A stretch of 53,740 nt of DNA from Flexivirga caeni (lineage in GTDB: Bacteria > Actinomycetota > Actinomycetes > Actinomycetales > Dermatophilaceae). Positions 29,910 to 40,486 of the stretch are shown here, piece after piece. How positions within the stretch are numbered: the first letter of the stretch is position 1; every line of letters starts with the position of its first letter. The notes below the pieces were generated by a model. The model saw nothing but the letters and a program-made list of their open reading frames with translations. It ran no database searches and had not been told where the DNA came from. Location of the stretch: the NCBI RefSeq assembly GCF_003724155.1, contig NZ_RJJQ01000006.1, positions 1 through 53,740 of the forward strand. Direction: 5' to 3'. The translations under genes and the position numbers were made by a program.

Positions 29910-31412
29910 ATGGATCGCAGCAGAGGGACGCTGGTGGCCGTCTGCGTCGGGCTCGCCACCGTCGTGTCGGCCGTGTCGTCCTTGATGGCGGCGCTGCCGG
30001 ACGTGGCCCGCCATACCGGGGCGGCACAGACCCAATTGTCCTGGATCGTCGACGGATACGCGCTCACCTTCGCCGCGCTCCTCCTGCCGGGCGGATACCT
30101 CGGCGACCGGCTCGGGCGGCGCCGGGTGCTGCTCGCGGGCCTGGGCCTGATCACGCTCGCCGCCGCGTGCGGAGCGCTCGTCACCGACCCCGCAGCGCTC
30201 ATCGCGGTGCGGGTGCTGATGGGCGTCGCCGCCGCGCTGATCATGCCCGCGACGCTGTCGACGATCACGGCGACCTTCCCGCCGGCCCAGCGCGTGCGCG
30301 GCGTCGCGATCTGGGCCGGGCTCGCCGGCGGCAGCGCGGTGCTCGGGCTGTTCGCCTCCGGGCTGCTGCTCGAATGGTTCTCCTGGCAGTCGATCTTCTG
30401 GTTCACCGCCGCCATGGCACTGATCGCCACGGCCCTGACGATGCGCCTGGTTCCGGAGTCGCGTGCGAGCGAGATGGGCGCCTTCGACGCCGGCGGAGCA
30501 ATCCTGTCGGTCGCCGGACTCGGAGCGCTGGTCTACTCGATCATCGAGGCGCCGATCGAGGGCTGGGGGAGCACACGGACCGTCACCGGCCTGGTCGCCG
30601 GCGTCGTCCTGTTCGCGGTGTTCGCCGCCTGGGAGCTGCGAACAGTCGCGCCATTGCTGGATGTCCGGCTCTTCGCGCGTCGCGGTTTCGCGGCGGGAAT
30701 GCTGACAGTGTCGTCGCTCTTCTTCGTGTTCTTCGGCTTCATCTTCGTCTTCATGCAGTATCTGCAGTTCGTCCGCGGCTGGTCCGCACTGATCGCGGCT
30801 TGCGCTGCAGCACCGGTCGCGCTCGGGCTGCTGCCCGGTGCACGGGTCGCGCCCCACCTGGCCGGCAAGGTCGGCATCCGCCGGCTCTGCGTCGCCGGTA
30901 TGGCGCTGGTAGCGCTCGCCATCGGCGGGCTGGCGACGGTGAGCGTGCACACCCACTACTGGGTGATCGCAGTGCTGCTCTGGGTTGCCGGCACCGGCAT
31001 GGGCTGGGCGATGACTCCGGCAACGACCAGCATCACCGACTCGCTGCCGGCACACGAGCAGGGTGTCGCCTCCGCGATGAACGACGTTGCCCGGGAGGTC
31101 GGTGGCGCGCTCGGGATCGCCGTGCTGGGCAGCATCCTCAGCAATGGCTACCGGCGCGCGCTCGACCTGACTGGTGTGCCGCAGCCCATGGCGGCGGCTG
31201 CCCGCGAGTCAGTGGCGGCGGCGACCGGCTTCCCGGAGCCGATCCGCTTGATGGCGCGTGTGGCATTCGTCGACGGTCTCGGCGACGGACTGAGCATTGC
31301 CGCTGCGCTGCTCGCGGTGTGCGCGGTGACTGTCGCGCTCGTGATCGGTCCGCGGCGACGGGACCGCGGACCGCAGCGTCCCGTCGCCATTGACGCTCGA
31401 AACCACCGCTGA
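29910..31412 (+). CDS. MFS transporter, DHA2 (14-TMS drug:H+ antiporter) type
   Basis: RBS GGGAGAGAGG. MFS motifs (…LPGGYLGDRLGRRRVLL…). Divergent from tetR across an 89-bp intergenic region. Confidence 0.85.
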   Translation: MDRSRGTLVAVCVGLATVVSAVSSLMAALPDVARHTGAAQTQLSWIVDGYALTFAALLLPGGYLGDRLGRRRVLLAGLGLITLAAACGALVTDPAALIAVRVLMGVAAALIMPATLSTITATFPPAQRVRGVAIWAGLAGGSAVLGLFASGLLLEWFSWQSIFWFTAAMALIATALTMRLVPESRASEMGAFDAGGAILSVAGLGALVYSIIEAPIEGWGSTRTVTGLVAGVVLFAVFAAWELRTVAPLLDVRLFARRGFAAGMLTVSSLFFVFFGFIFVFMQYLQFVRGWSALIAACAAAPVALGLLPGARVAPHLAGKVGIRRLCVAGMALVALAIGGLATVSVHTHYWVIAVLLWVAGTGMGWAMTPATTSITDSLPAHEQGVASAMNDVAREVGGALGIAVLGSILSNGYRRALDLTGVPQPMAAAARESVAAATGFPEPIRLMARVAFVDGLGDGLSIAAALLAVCAVTVALVIGPRRRDRGPQRPVAIDARNHR

Positions 31413-31454
31413 CGGCGCAGCTGCGCCGTCAGCGACCGTTTCGGCCGTCAATGG
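31387..31454. repeat. large imperfect palindromic repeat, copy 2 (same 26-bp perfect core)
   Basis: CCATTGACGCTCGAAACCACCGCTGACGGCGCAGC|GCTGCGCCGTCAGCGACCGTTTCGGCCGTCAATGG. Contains the MFS stop codon. Confidence 0.8.
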
Positions 31455-31470
31455 CCGATCGAGCGGCGTG

Positions 31471-32619
31471 TCAGGGTGCTCCGGTCGTGAGCACGTAGCC
31501 ACCGAGGCACGCCATACTGACGGCGAGCAGGACCCCAAGTGCGATCCGCGTCGGCGCCCGCCAGTGAGCCAGGCGAGCCGCCAGTGGCACCAGCAGCGTG
31601 AACGCCGGCACCAGGTAGCGCGGCCGCGAGCCGAAATATCCAGACGTCCCGAAGGTCATCGCCAGCAGCACCACACTGAAGACGGTGAACCCGACCGGCA
31701 GGCCGTCGCGGATGCCGAGCACGACGAGCCACACCATGGCCAGGATCAGGACGATCAGGCCGACGCCGCCGACGGTATCGAGCCCCCCGGTGCGGACCAG
31801 CCGCCACGTCCAGTGCGCGAAATAGCGACCGTCGTCCCAGGTGCGCTGCCAACCCTCGGTGGCGTGGAAGTAACCCATCGGATTGCGTTGCCGCACACCG
31901 ACATACGCCAGGTAACCGAGCAGTCCGAGCGGCGCCACCACGACTGCCGGCACCACGCGCCGCCACCTGTCCCGCCCCTGGATTCCGGCCAGCAGCGCCG
32001 ACACGCACACGGCCGCGACGACGGCAGCGCCGGTCGGGCGGGTGAGACCGGCCAGCGCGGTGAGCACGCCGGCCAACAGCCACCGACGACCCACCACCGC
32101 ATAGAGCGCCCACGCTGCGAGCGCGCAGAGCAAGCCCTCGGTGTAGGACATCGACAGCACGACCGCGTAGGGATAGACCGCCCAGAGCAGCAGCGTGATC
32201 ATCGCGACTCGCCGAGAGGTCACCCGCGCGGTCACCGCGAAGATCCCGGCCGCCGCGACCGCGGATGCGCACCAGTTGACGACCAGTCCGCTGTCGACGA
32301 ATGACAGCCCCAGCAGGGGGTGCAGCGCCCGCTCCGCCAGCGGCAGCAGCGGGAAGAACGCGTAGTCGGAGTGCAGCCCGTCATGCGCCGAGATCGTGGT
32401 GCCGTAGCCGTGTTCGGCGATGCGGCGGTACCACTGACCGTCATACCGCGTGAGCATGTGGTGCAGTCCGCCGTCGTGCCGCAGGCGGAGTATGCCGCCC
32501 AGCACGATCACCCCGAGCACGCGAACTGCGAGGAACAGCCCGACCGCAGCGAGCACGGGGCGCCACGCCGACACCTTCCCGCTGATCGCCACTGCGCCAG
32601 CATAGGAGCGACCGTTCAC
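31471..32619 (-). CDS. polytopic GT-C-type membrane glycosyl/mannosyltransferase (PIG-V/Mannosyl_trans2-like)
   Basis: ~10 TMs. N-terminal loop motif YDGQWYRRIAEHGY typical of this family. Family assignment from memory only. Confidence 0.5.
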   Translation of the reverse strand: MNGRSYAGAVAISGKVSAWRPVLAAVGLFLAVRVLGVIVLGGILRLRHDGGLHHMLTRYDGQWYRRIAEHGYGTTISAHDGLHSDYAFFPLLPLAERALHPLLGLSFVDSGLVVNWCASAVAAAGIFAVTARVTSRRVAMITLLLWAVYPYAVVLSMSYTEGLLCALAAWALYAVVGRRWLLAGVLTALAGLTRPTGAAVVAAVCVSALLAGIQGRDRWRRVVPAVVVAPLGLLGYLAYVGVRQRNPMGYFHATEGWQRTWDDGRYFAHWTWRLVRTGGLDTVGGVGLIVLILAMVWLVVLGIRDGLPVGFTVFSVVLLAMTFGTSGYFGSRPRYLVPAFTLLVPLAARLAHWRAPTRIALGVLLAVSMACLGGYVLTTGAP

Positions 32620-32635
32620 CGACTACCGTGACCCG

Positions 32636-33346
32636 GTGGCCACCAGACAACGCGTTCCCGAGGGACCGGCGCCCGATCCCGCTGTGCAGCGGCTCCGGGT
32701 GCGCTATGCCAAGCGCGGCCGGCTGCGGTTCTCCTCGACCCGCGACTTTCAGCGCGCGCTGGAGCGAGCGCTGCGCCGTGCGGCGGTGCCTGTGGCGTTC
32801 TCGGCGGGTTTCCACCCGCACCCGCGGATCAGCTACGCGAACGCCGCGCCGACCGGCACGGCGAGTGAGGCCGAGTATTTCGAGGTCCAGCTCACTCGGG
32901 AGTGCGAGCCGGAGCGGCTGCGTGCCGATCTCGACGCCGCACTGCCGGCCGAACTCGTCGTGCTCGACGTCGCTGCAGCGCTCCCCGAGGCGCTCGCGGA
33001 CCGTCTGCAGGCGAGCGTATGGCGCATCGACCTCGCGCCGGACGATGCCGACCGGCTCGGTGCGGCGGTCGACACGCTGCTGGCAAGGACCGAGGCGAGC
33101 GTGACGCGGATGACCAAGCGCGGGGAGCGCGAGTTCGACGTCCGTGGCGCGCTCGCCGCACTCACCACGGATGGGCCGGTGCTCACGCTGACGCTGCGAC
33201 ACCTGACCCCGTTGGTGCGACCCGACGACATACTCACCGCCCTCGGGTCGTATGGCGACTTCCGCCCCTCCCGTCCGCCGCTGATCACGCGAGTGACGCA
33301 GGGGCCGTTGCTGCCGGATGGCTCGATCGGCGACCCACTGCGCTGA
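32636..33346 (+). CDS. TIGR03936-family radical-SAM-associated protein (DUF2344)
   Basis: …VQRLRVRYAKRGRLRFSSTRDFQRALERALRRA… N-terminus typical of the family. GTG start at 32636 (alternative GTG ~32684). Confidence 0.75.
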   Translation: MATRQRVPEGPAPDPAVQRLRVRYAKRGRLRFSSTRDFQRALERALRRAAVPVAFSAGFHPHPRISYANAAPTGTASEAEYFEVQLTRECEPERLRADLDAALPAELVVLDVAAALPEALADRLQASVWRIDLAPDDADRLGAAVDTLLARTEASVTRMTKRGEREFDVRGALAALTTDGPVLTLTLRHLTPLVRPDDILTALGSYGDFRPSRPPLITRVTQGPLLPDGSIGDPLR

Positions 33347-33680
33347 ACGAGAGGCTTCGTGCCGCAGACCCACCCTGACCGAACTGCGACCGATTGTGTG
33401 CGACAATGGCACCGGTCGTCAGCAGCGCCACAACCTGTTTGATGCCCCGTCGACAGACACTTGAGCCCGCGAGATCTCGCGATCAGCCGAGTGGTTCGGC
33501 CGACGGCGTCCGGCCGGACGGTGACGCGACAACACGCGAACCATGGTCGTGACGTAACAGATGACTTCGCGTTGCCGCGTCGGGTTTTCCGAGCGCAGGC
33601 GACGGCCGAGCCGCGACATGCGGGTGCGCAGGCATTGCCTCGTTGTGGGTCGCCCGCATGCTGACACAGAAATGAGGGCC
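33347..33680 (+). promoter_or_regulatory. long structured leader/promoter region of rne
   Basis: ~330 nt non-coding region with several hairpins (CGCGAGATCTCGCG; CATGCGGGTGCGCAGG...GCCCGCATG). Confidence 0.4.
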
Positions 33681-36107
33681 ATGGCCCCGCAAGACACCAC
33701 GCCTTTCCTCGCACCGGCTTCGAACGGCGACGCGACCACCGCCTCGGGGAGGGACGCGGCTCCCGCCACGGCATCCCCGGCGATGAACTTCGGCCTGCTC
33801 TTCCAGGCGCCCGACCTGGAGACGCGAGCCCCGCGCCGCGATCAGGAGAAGGCGCCGCAGGAGGACAGCGCCGACGTACCCGCCGCGACGCAGGCCGAGG
33901 ACGACACCGACGCCCAGGGCGGCAGTCCCCGCTCGCGCCGTCGCGGTGGCCGTGGCCGGCGCGCCAAGGACGACGCTGATAGCGGCGATGGCAAGCAGCC
34001 GGAGGACAAGGCCGCCGGCAAGGGAGCCGGCGACACCACGGGCGAGGCCCCGGCAGACGACGAGGAGACGTCCGGCGCCGACCAGGCGGATGACAACGAG
34101 TCCGACGGCCAGCCCGAGGGCAACGGCCGCCGCCGCACCCGGCGCCGTCGCCGCAGCGGCGCGACGGGTGACAACGACGACCCGCCGGGCACCGTCACCA
34201 AGGTCCGCGAGCCGCGCAAGGACCGCGACGAGGTCACGGCCATCAAGGGATCCACCCGGCTGGAGGCCAAGAAGCAGCGTCGCCGCGAAGGCCGCGAGGC
34301 CGGCCGCCGCCGCACCGTCATCACCGAGGCCGAGTTCCTCGCCCGCCGCGAGAGCGTCGACCGGCAGATGATCGTCCGCGAGCGCGGCGGCCGCACCCAG
34401 ATCGGCGTGCTCGAGGACGGTGTGCTCGTCGAGCACTACGTCTCCCGCGAAGTGCAGCAGGCCTCGATGGCCGGCAACGTCTACCTCGGCAAGGTCCAGA
34501 ACGTCCTGCCGAGCATGGAGGCGGCGTTCGTCGACATCGGCCGTGGCCGCAACGCGGTCCTGTATGCCGGTGAGGTCAACTGGGATGCCGCGGGGCTCGA
34601 GAACGGCCAGGCCAAGCGCATCGAGAACGCCCTCAAGTCCGGCGACACGGTCCTGGTGCAGGTGACCAAGGACCCGATCGGTCACAAGGGTGCCCGGCTG
34701 ACCAGCCAGGTCTCGCTCCCCGGCCGTTTCCTGGTCTACGTGCCCGGCAACTCGATGACCGGCATTTCCCGCAAACTGCCCGACACCGAACGCGCCCGGC
34801 TGAAGCGGATCCTCAAGGAGATCGTGCCCGGCGATGCCGGCGTGATCGTGCGGACCGCAGCCGAAGGCGCGAGCGAGGAGGACCTGCGGGCGGACGTCGA
34901 GCGGCTGCAGGCGCAGTGGGAGCAGATCCGCTCCGACGCCACCTCGGCGAACGCGCCGAGCTTGCTGCATGGTGAGCCGGACCTGACCGTCCGCGTGATT
35001 CGTGACGTCTTCAACGAGGACTTCAGCAAGCTTGTCGTTGCCGGCGACAAGGCGTGGTCCGAAGTGCACAGCTATGTCACGTCGGTCGCACCGGACCTCG
35101 CCGAACGTCTGGAGAAGTGGACCGGCGAAACCGACGTCTTCAGCGTGCACCGCATCGACGAGCAGCTGGCCAAGGCAATGGACCGCAAGGTCTGGCTGCC
35201 GAGCGGCGGTTCGCTGATCATCGACCGCACCGAGGCGATGACCGTGATCGACGTCAACACCGGCAAGTTCGTCGGCTCCGGCGGCAACCTCGAGGAGACC
35301 GTCACCAAGAACAACCTCGAGGCCGCCGAGGAGATCGTGCGGCAGCTGCGGTTGCGGGACATCGGCGGCATCATCGTGGTCGACTTCATCGACATGGTGC
35401 TGGAGTCCAACCGTGACCTGGTCGTACGACGGCTGCTGGAGTGTCTAGGCCGCGACCGCACCAAGCACCAGGTCGCCGAGGTCACCTCGCTCGGTCTGGT
35501 CCAGATGACCCGCAAGCGTGTCGGGTCCGGCCTGGTGGAGGTCTTCTCCGAGCCGTGTGAGCACTGTGGCGGGCGCGGCATCATCGTGCACGCCGACCCG
35601 GTCGACAAGCCGTCCGGTGGTGGCACGTCGAACACCGGTGCGTCCGGTGGCAAGTCCCGCAAGGGTCGCGCCAAGAAGACGGTCGAGGAGCCGGTGAAGC
35701 CGACCGGTGGCCCGACGGCTGCGCAGATTGCCGCCGCCGCGCACGCCGCCGCGCAATCGCCGGCCAAGAGCCATGAGAGCGCCGAGCAGGCCGTCACGGA
35801 GCCGGCATTGTCGGCCGAAGCACCGCAGGCGACCCGCAAGCTGACCGGCCGGGCCCGTCGCCGGGCGACCTCGGCCGCCGGTGCGGCGCAGCACGTCACG
35901 CCGCCGCCCGCGACGCAGCCAGCATCCGCGCAGGAGGCTCCCGCCATACCGGCGACCGACGGCTCCGAATCGTCGCAGGGCGCTGCTCTCGATGCGCCGG
36001 CCGCGCCCGCTGGGGTGTCCGTCGCGCCCGTCGAGACGCAGGCCGCGCCCAAGCGCAAGAAGCGTGCCCGGGTCGTCGCACCCGCCGGCCCGCCAACTGC
36101 AGACTGA
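33681..36107 (+). CDS. rne: ribonuclease E
   Basis: ATG preceded by GAGGG. Arg/Asp/Gly-rich N-terminal extension, S1 domain, then RNase E/G catalytic core (…VDFIDM…, CEHCGGRG zinc link). Pro/Ala-rich C-terminal tail. Confidence 0.9.
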   Translation: MAPQDTTPFLAPASNGDATTASGRDAAPATASPAMNFGLLFQAPDLETRAPRRDQEKAPQEDSADVPAATQAEDDTDAQGGSPRSRRRGGRGRRAKDDADSGDGKQPEDKAAGKGAGDTTGEAPADDEETSGADQADDNESDGQPEGNGRRRTRRRRRSGATGDNDDPPGTVTKVREPRKDRDEVTAIKGSTRLEAKKQRRREGREAGRRRTVITEAEFLARRESVDRQMIVRERGGRTQIGVLEDGVLVEHYVSREVQQASMAGNVYLGKVQNVLPSMEAAFVDIGRGRNAVLYAGEVNWDAAGLENGQAKRIENALKSGDTVLVQVTKDPIGHKGARLTSQVSLPGRFLVYVPGNSMTGISRKLPDTERARLKRILKEIVPGDAGVIVRTAAEGASEEDLRADVERLQAQWEQIRSDATSANAPSLLHGEPDLTVRVIRDVFNEDFSKLVVAGDKAWSEVHSYVTSVAPDLAERLEKWTGETDVFSVHRIDEQLAKAMDRKVWLPSGGSLIIDRTEAMTVIDVNTGKFVGSGGNLEETVTKNNLEAAEEIVRQLRLRDIGGIIVVDFIDMVLESNRDLVVRRLLECLGRDRTKHQVAEVTSLGLVQMTRKRVGSGLVEVFSEPCEHCGGRGIIVHADPVDKPSGGGTSNTGASGGKSRKGRAKKTVEEPVKPTGGPTAAQIAAAAHAAAQSPAKSHESAEQAVTEPALSAEAPQATRKLTGRARRRATSAAGAAQHVTPPPATQPASAQEAPAIPATDGSESSQGAALDAPAAPAGVSVAPVETQAAPKRKKRARVVAPAGPPTAD

Positions 36108-36250
36108 ACCCAATCGATTTGGAGCAACACCGGGCGGGCCCGTAAACTTGATTCTCGGTGTGCCCACCGAGCGGGCGTCCCGGTTGCCGGGGTAGCTGCC
36201 TGCCGGTCTCGACAGACAAGTGCGCATCCATGACGAAAGAGAGTTCCGAC

Positions 36251-36549
36251 GTGTACGCGATTGTTCGCGCGGGCGGACGCCAGGAGAAGGTCTCCGTGGG
36301 CGACGTCCTGATCATTGACAAGCAGACTGCCAAGCCGGGCGAGAGCATCGAGCTGCAGCCGCTGCTGGTGGTGGACGGCGCCACCGTCACCTCCGACGCC
36401 GCGAAGCTGGCGAAGGTCTCCGTGAAGGCCGAGGTCGTCAAGGCCGCCAAGGGCCCGAAGATCACCATCGTGAAGTACAAGAACAAGACCGGCTACCGCA
36501 AGCGGCAAGGTCACCGTCAGCCGCTGACCCAGGTCAAGGTCACCGAGAT
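36251..36549 (+). CDS. rplU: 50S ribosomal protein L21
   Basis: [14 protein letters not shown]... Start assumed at GTG 36251 after AAAGAGAG (alternative ATG at 36230). Confidence 0.9.
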
Positions 36550-36603
36550 CAACGCCTGATCCTCACCCCGATCATTTCGTTCTCCACGTAAGAAGGCTCA
36601 GAC

Positions 36604-36870
36604 ATGGCACACAAGAAGGGTGCGTCCTCGACTCGCAACGGTCGTGACTCCAACGCACAGCGACTCGGCGTGAAGCGCTTCGGCGGCGAGGTCGTCAACG
36701 CCGGCGAGATCATCGTCCGCCAGCGCGGCACGCACTTCCACCCCGGTGAGGGCGTGGGACGCGGCAAGGACGACACGCTGTTCGCGCTGCGCGCGGGTGC
36801 GGTCCAGTTCGGCGCCAAGCGCGGCCGCAAGACCGTCAACATCGTGCTGACCGAGAGCGCCGACGCCTGA
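36604..36870 (+). CDS. rpmA: 50S ribosomal protein L27
   Basis: [28 protein letters not shown]... canonical L27. Confidence 0.95.
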   Translation: MAHKKGASSTRNGRDSNAQRLGVKRFGGEVVNAGEIIVRQRGTHFHPGEGVGRGKDDTLFALRAGAVQFGAKRGRKTVNIVLTESADA

Positions 36871-36907
36871 TCGACGGCTGCAACAGCCGGCATCACCGAC
36901 AGCGGTG

Positions 36908-36945
36908 AAGGGGCGGGTCCGACAACTACGGATCCGCCCCTTTCG
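36908..36945 (+). terminator. hairpin between rpmA and obg (attenuator/terminator-like, no U-tract)
   Basis: AAGGGGCGGGTCCG-acaacta-CGGATCCGCCCCTT, 14-bp stem with one mismatch. Confidence 0.35.
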
Positions 36946-36977
36946 CCGTCATAGAACCACCTCGAAGGAGACAGACC

Positions 36978-38513
36978 GTGGCGACCAACTTCGTCGATCG
37001 CGTCGTGCTGCACGTGCGCGGCGGGCACGGTGGCCACGGCGTCGCGTCCGTGCACCGTGAGAAGTTCAAGCCGCTCGGCGGACCCGATGGCGGCAACGGC
37101 GGCAAGGGCGGCAGTGTCATCCTGCAGGTCGACCCGCAGTCGACGACTTTGCTGGAATACCACCACAGTCCGCTGCGCAGCGCACCCAATGGCAGGCCGG
37201 GCGCCGGCGATGAGCGCAACGGCGCGGACGGTGCCGACCTGGTGCTGCCCGTGCCGGAGGGCACTGTCGTCAAGGACTCCCGCGGCGAGATCCTCGCCGA
37301 CCTCGTCGGTGCCGGTAGGACGTTCGTCGCCGCAGCCGGGGGTCGCGGCGGCCTGGGCAACAAGGCGCTCGCCTCGCCGCGGCGTAAGGCGCCCGGTTTC
37401 GCGTTGCTGGGGGAGCCCGGGGACGAGTCCGACATCACCCTGGAGCTGAAGACACTCGCCGACGTCGCGCTGATCGGTTATCCGTCGGCCGGCAAGTCCA
37501 GTCTGGTCTCGGTGATGTCCGCGGCGAAGCCGAAGATCGCCGACTACCCCTTCACCACCCTGGTGCCCAATCTCGGTGTGGTCACTGCGGGTTCGATGCG
37601 CTACACCATCGCCGACGTGCCGGGACTCATCCCCGGGGCGAGCCAGGGCAAGGGCCTCGGGCTGGAGTTCCTGCGGCACGTCGAGCGCTGCTCGGTGCTG
37701 GTGCACGTCGTCGACTGCGCGACGCTCGAGCCCGGACGTGACCCGATGAGCGACTTGGACGTCATCGAGCAGGAGCTCGCAGAGTATGTCGCAGACGAGT
37801 CTCTCGGTGGCAAGCCGCTCGCCGAGCGCACGCGCATCGTCGTGCTGAACAAGGCGGACGTCCCGGACGCGCTGGAGCTGGCCGAGATGGTCAAGCCCGA
37901 CCTGGAGGCCCGCGGTCTGGAGGTGCACATCGTCTCGGCGGTCGCGCACACCGGGCTGAAGGACCTCAGCTTCTCTCTGGCCAGGCACGTGCAGCACGCG
38001 CGTGAGGAGATCGAGGCGGCGATCGCACCGCAGCGGATCGTGGTGCGTCCCAAGGCCGTTGACGATTCCGGCTTCTCCATCCGCAAGGAGCGTCAGGGCG
38101 ACGAAGACGTCTTCCGCATCGTCGGCGAACGGCCGACCCGGTGGGTGCGGCAGACCGACTTCACCAACGACGAGGCGGTCGGCTACCTCGCCGACCGGCT
38201 GAACCGGCTCGGTGTCGAGGACGAGCTCTTCAAGGCGGGCGCCGTGCCCGGCTCGACCGTGCTGATCGGCCCGGCCGACAACGCCGTCGTCTTCGACTGG
38301 GAGCCGACGCTGACCACCGGCGCTGAGCTGCTCGGCCCGCGTGGCACCGACCTGCGCCTGGACGACGGCGGTCGCGCCACTCGCGCCGAGAAGCGTGAGG
38401 AGTTCCACCGTCGCAAGGACGCGCAACGCGAAGCTCGCGAAGAGCTGGACGCCGAGCGCAAGGCCGGGCTGTGGACCGACCGCGACCCGGTCGAGATCGA
38501 CGGCGATGACTGA
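36978..38513 (+). CDS. obg: GTPase Obg/CgtA
   Basis: GTG start. Gly-rich Obg fold ([15 protein letters not shown]). G-domain [19 protein letters not shown]. Confidence 0.95.
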   Translation: MATNFVDRVVLHVRGGHGGHGVASVHREKFKPLGGPDGGNGGKGGSVILQVDPQSTTLLEYHHSPLRSAPNGRPGAGDERNGADGADLVLPVPEGTVVKDSRGEILADLVGAGRTFVAAAGGRGGLGNKALASPRRKAPGFALLGEPGDESDITLELKTLADVALIGYPSAGKSSLVSVMSAAKPKIADYPFTTLVPNLGVVTAGSMRYTIADVPGLIPGASQGKGLGLEFLRHVERCSVLVHVVDCATLEPGRDPMSDLDVIEQELAEYVADESLGGKPLAERTRIVVLNKADVPDALELAEMVKPDLEARGLEVHIVSAVAHTGLKDLSFSLARHVQHAREEIEAAIAPQRIVVRPKAVDDSGFSIRKERQGDEDVFRIVGERPTRWVRQTDFTNDEAVGYLADRLNRLGVEDELFKAGAVPGSTVLIGPADNAVVFDWEPTLTTGAELLGPRGTDLRLDDGGRATRAEKREEFHRRKDAQREAREELDAERKAGLWTDRDPVEIDGDD

Positions 38514-39687
38514 CGAGCCGACGGCTCGACTACGGTCCGCGGTTGCGACTGCCGGGACCGTGGTCGTCAAGGTCGGCTCCAGTTCGCTCACCGGCCCGCA
38601 CGGTGGCCTCGACCCGCAGCGGCTCGGGGCGCTCGTCGACACGCTCGCCCAGCGACGGCTCGCCGGCAGCGGGGTCGTGCTCGTCTCGTCCGGTGCGATC
38701 GCCGCCGGCATGGTGCCGCTGCGACTGCAGCGCCGGCCGCGTGACCTGGCCACCCAGCAGGCAGCGGCGAGCGTCGGGCAGGGAGCGCTGCTGGCGGCAT
38801 ACAACCTGGCGTTCGGTCAGCACGGGCTGACCACCGGCCAGGTGCTGCTGACCGCCGACGACGTCACGCGGCGCGGCCACTACCTCAACGCGCGCCGCAC
38901 CATCGAGCGACTGCTCGCCCTGGGCGTCGTGCCGGTGATCAACGAGAACGACACGGTCGCCACGCACGAGATCCGCTTCGGCGACAACGACCGGCTGGCC
39001 GCACTGGTCGCCCACCTCATCGACGCCACCGCGCTGGTGTTGCTGTCCGACGTCGACGCCCTATATGACGCGCCGCCCACGCACCCGGGTGCCGCCCGCA
39101 TCGGCGTCGTGCGGGACCCGTCGGTGCTGGACACCGTGGACATCGGCGGCGTCGGCTCGTCGGTCGGCACCGGCGGCATGATCACCAAGATCGAAGCGGC
39201 CCAGATCGCGACCGCTGCCGGGGTGCCTACCCTGCTCACCTCGGCGGCGCTGGCCAGGCCGGCCCTCGCCGGTGAGGACGTCGGCACGATCTTCGCGCCA
39301 CGAGGTCACCGGCCGAGTGCACGGCAGCTGTGGCTGCGCTATGCGACCTCACCCCAGGGCCGGCTCATGCTCGACCCGGGCGCCGTCGAAGCTGTGACCA
39401 AACGCGGAAAGTCCTTGCTACCGGCTGGGATTCGCTGGGTCAGCGGGCACTTCTCGGCCGGCGATGCCGTTGACCTGATCGACGAGTCCGGCCACGTGAT
39501 CGCTCGCGGGCTAGTCAACTACGACGCCAAGGAGCTGCCCGATCTGCTCGGCCACACCACCCACGAACTCGCGCGTACGCTCGGCCCGGCATACGAACGC
39601 GAAGTGATCCACCGCGACCATCTCGCTGTCTTCCCGCGACGTGCGGTCGGTGACCGGGCCGTCAAGGCAATGAACGAGGATGTATGA
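38506..39687 (+). CDS. proB: glutamate 5-kinase
   Basis: [10 protein letters not shown] amino-acid-kinase N-terminus. C-terminal PUA domain. Overlaps the obg stop. Confidence 0.92.
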   Translation: MTDEPTARLRSAVATAGTVVVKVGSSSLTGPHGGLDPQRLGALVDTLAQRRLAGSGVVLVSSGAIAAGMVPLRLQRRPRDLATQQAAASVGQGALLAAYNLAFGQHGLTTGQVLLTADDVTRRGHYLNARRTIERLLALGVVPVINENDTVATHEIRFGDNDRLAALVAHLIDATALVLLSDVDALYDAPPTHPGAARIGVVRDPSVLDTVDIGGVGSSVGTGGMITKIEAAQIATAAGVPTLLTSAALARPALAGEDVGTIFAPRGHRPSARQLWLRYATSPQGRLMLDPGAVEAVTKRGKSLLPAGIRWVSGHFSAGDAVDLIDESGHVIARGLVNYDAKELPDLLGHTTHELARTLGPAYEREVIHRDHLAVFPRRAVGDRAVKAMNEDV

Positions 39688-40486
39688 CGTGAGCACAGCT
39701 GGGGAGCCCGTGCGGCCCGTTCCGGAGACCGAGGCAGAGGTCGAGGAACTCGCCGGGGAAGCGCAGGAGGCGCAACCGCCCACCAAGGAGTGGTGGGACG
39801 ACCCACGCATGCCGTGGAGGGGCAGGCCGAGCCGTGCCGAGCTGTGGTGCATCGGGCTGATCATCGCCACGGGTGCCTACGGTCTGCTCACGCTGCCGGT
39901 GCGGCCGTGGATCCTCGGGCAGTGGGGTGCGCCGACCCGTGACTACATCCTGGCCTGTTTCAACGGCTCCAACATCGCGATGGTCGACATCGGCGCGCGG
40001 ATCGGGGTCGGCCAGCACCTGCCGATGTGGTGGGCCGCCATCATCGCGGCGTCCCTGACATCGATCAAGTTCGACTGGCTGTGGTGGTGGGCCGGGCGCC
40101 TGTGGGGTCGCGGCGTCATCGACATGATCGCGTCCCGCTCCAAGTGGGCGGCGCGCACCGCCTACTACGCCGAGGCCATTGCGCGGCGCTTCGGCGGGCC
40201 GGCGGTCTTCCTCGTCTGGTTCATCCCCCTGCTGCCCAGCTCGATCATCTACGCATTCGTCGGCGACGCCCGAATGTCGTTGCGGCGCTTCCTGTTCATC
40301 GATTTCCTGGCCGGCCTGACCTATCGCGGCCTGTGGATGTATGCCGGCTACGAGATGGGCACACCCGCCAAGGACCTGGTCAGCCAGCTTGCGAAATACA
40401 GCATGTATCTCACGATTGCCGGCGTGATCGTCGTCTTCATCGGGGTCTTCCGGCAGCAGCGGCGTTTCGCGGCGCAGCACCGGTGA
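39680..40486 (+). CDS. DedA/VTT-domain (SNARE-associated) family membrane protein
   Basis: …FLVWFIPLLPSSIIYAFVGDARM… DedA signature. Overlaps the proB stop. Confidence 0.8.
   Translation: MYDVSTAGEPVRPVPETEAEVEELAGEAQEAQPPTKEWWDDPRMPWRGRPSRAELWCIGLIIATGAYGLLTLPVRPWILGQWGAPTRDYILACFNGSNIAMVDIGARIGVGQHLPMWWAAIIAASLTSIKFDWLWWWAGRLWGRGVIDMIASRSKWAARTAYYAEAIARRFGGPAVFLVWFIPLLPSSIIYAFVGDARMSLRRFLFIDFLAGLTYRGLWMYAGYEMGTPAKDLVSQLAKYSMYLTIAGVIVVFIGVFRQQRRFAAQHR

Noticed and set aside
38455-38525. Apparent single-base inconsistency between my manual reading of the sequence lines and the obg/proB ORF coordinates
   Set aside because: The ORF track reports both genes intact and in the expected frames. 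I treated it as my own indexing error, used ORF-track coordinates, and flag non-ORF coordinates as approximate.
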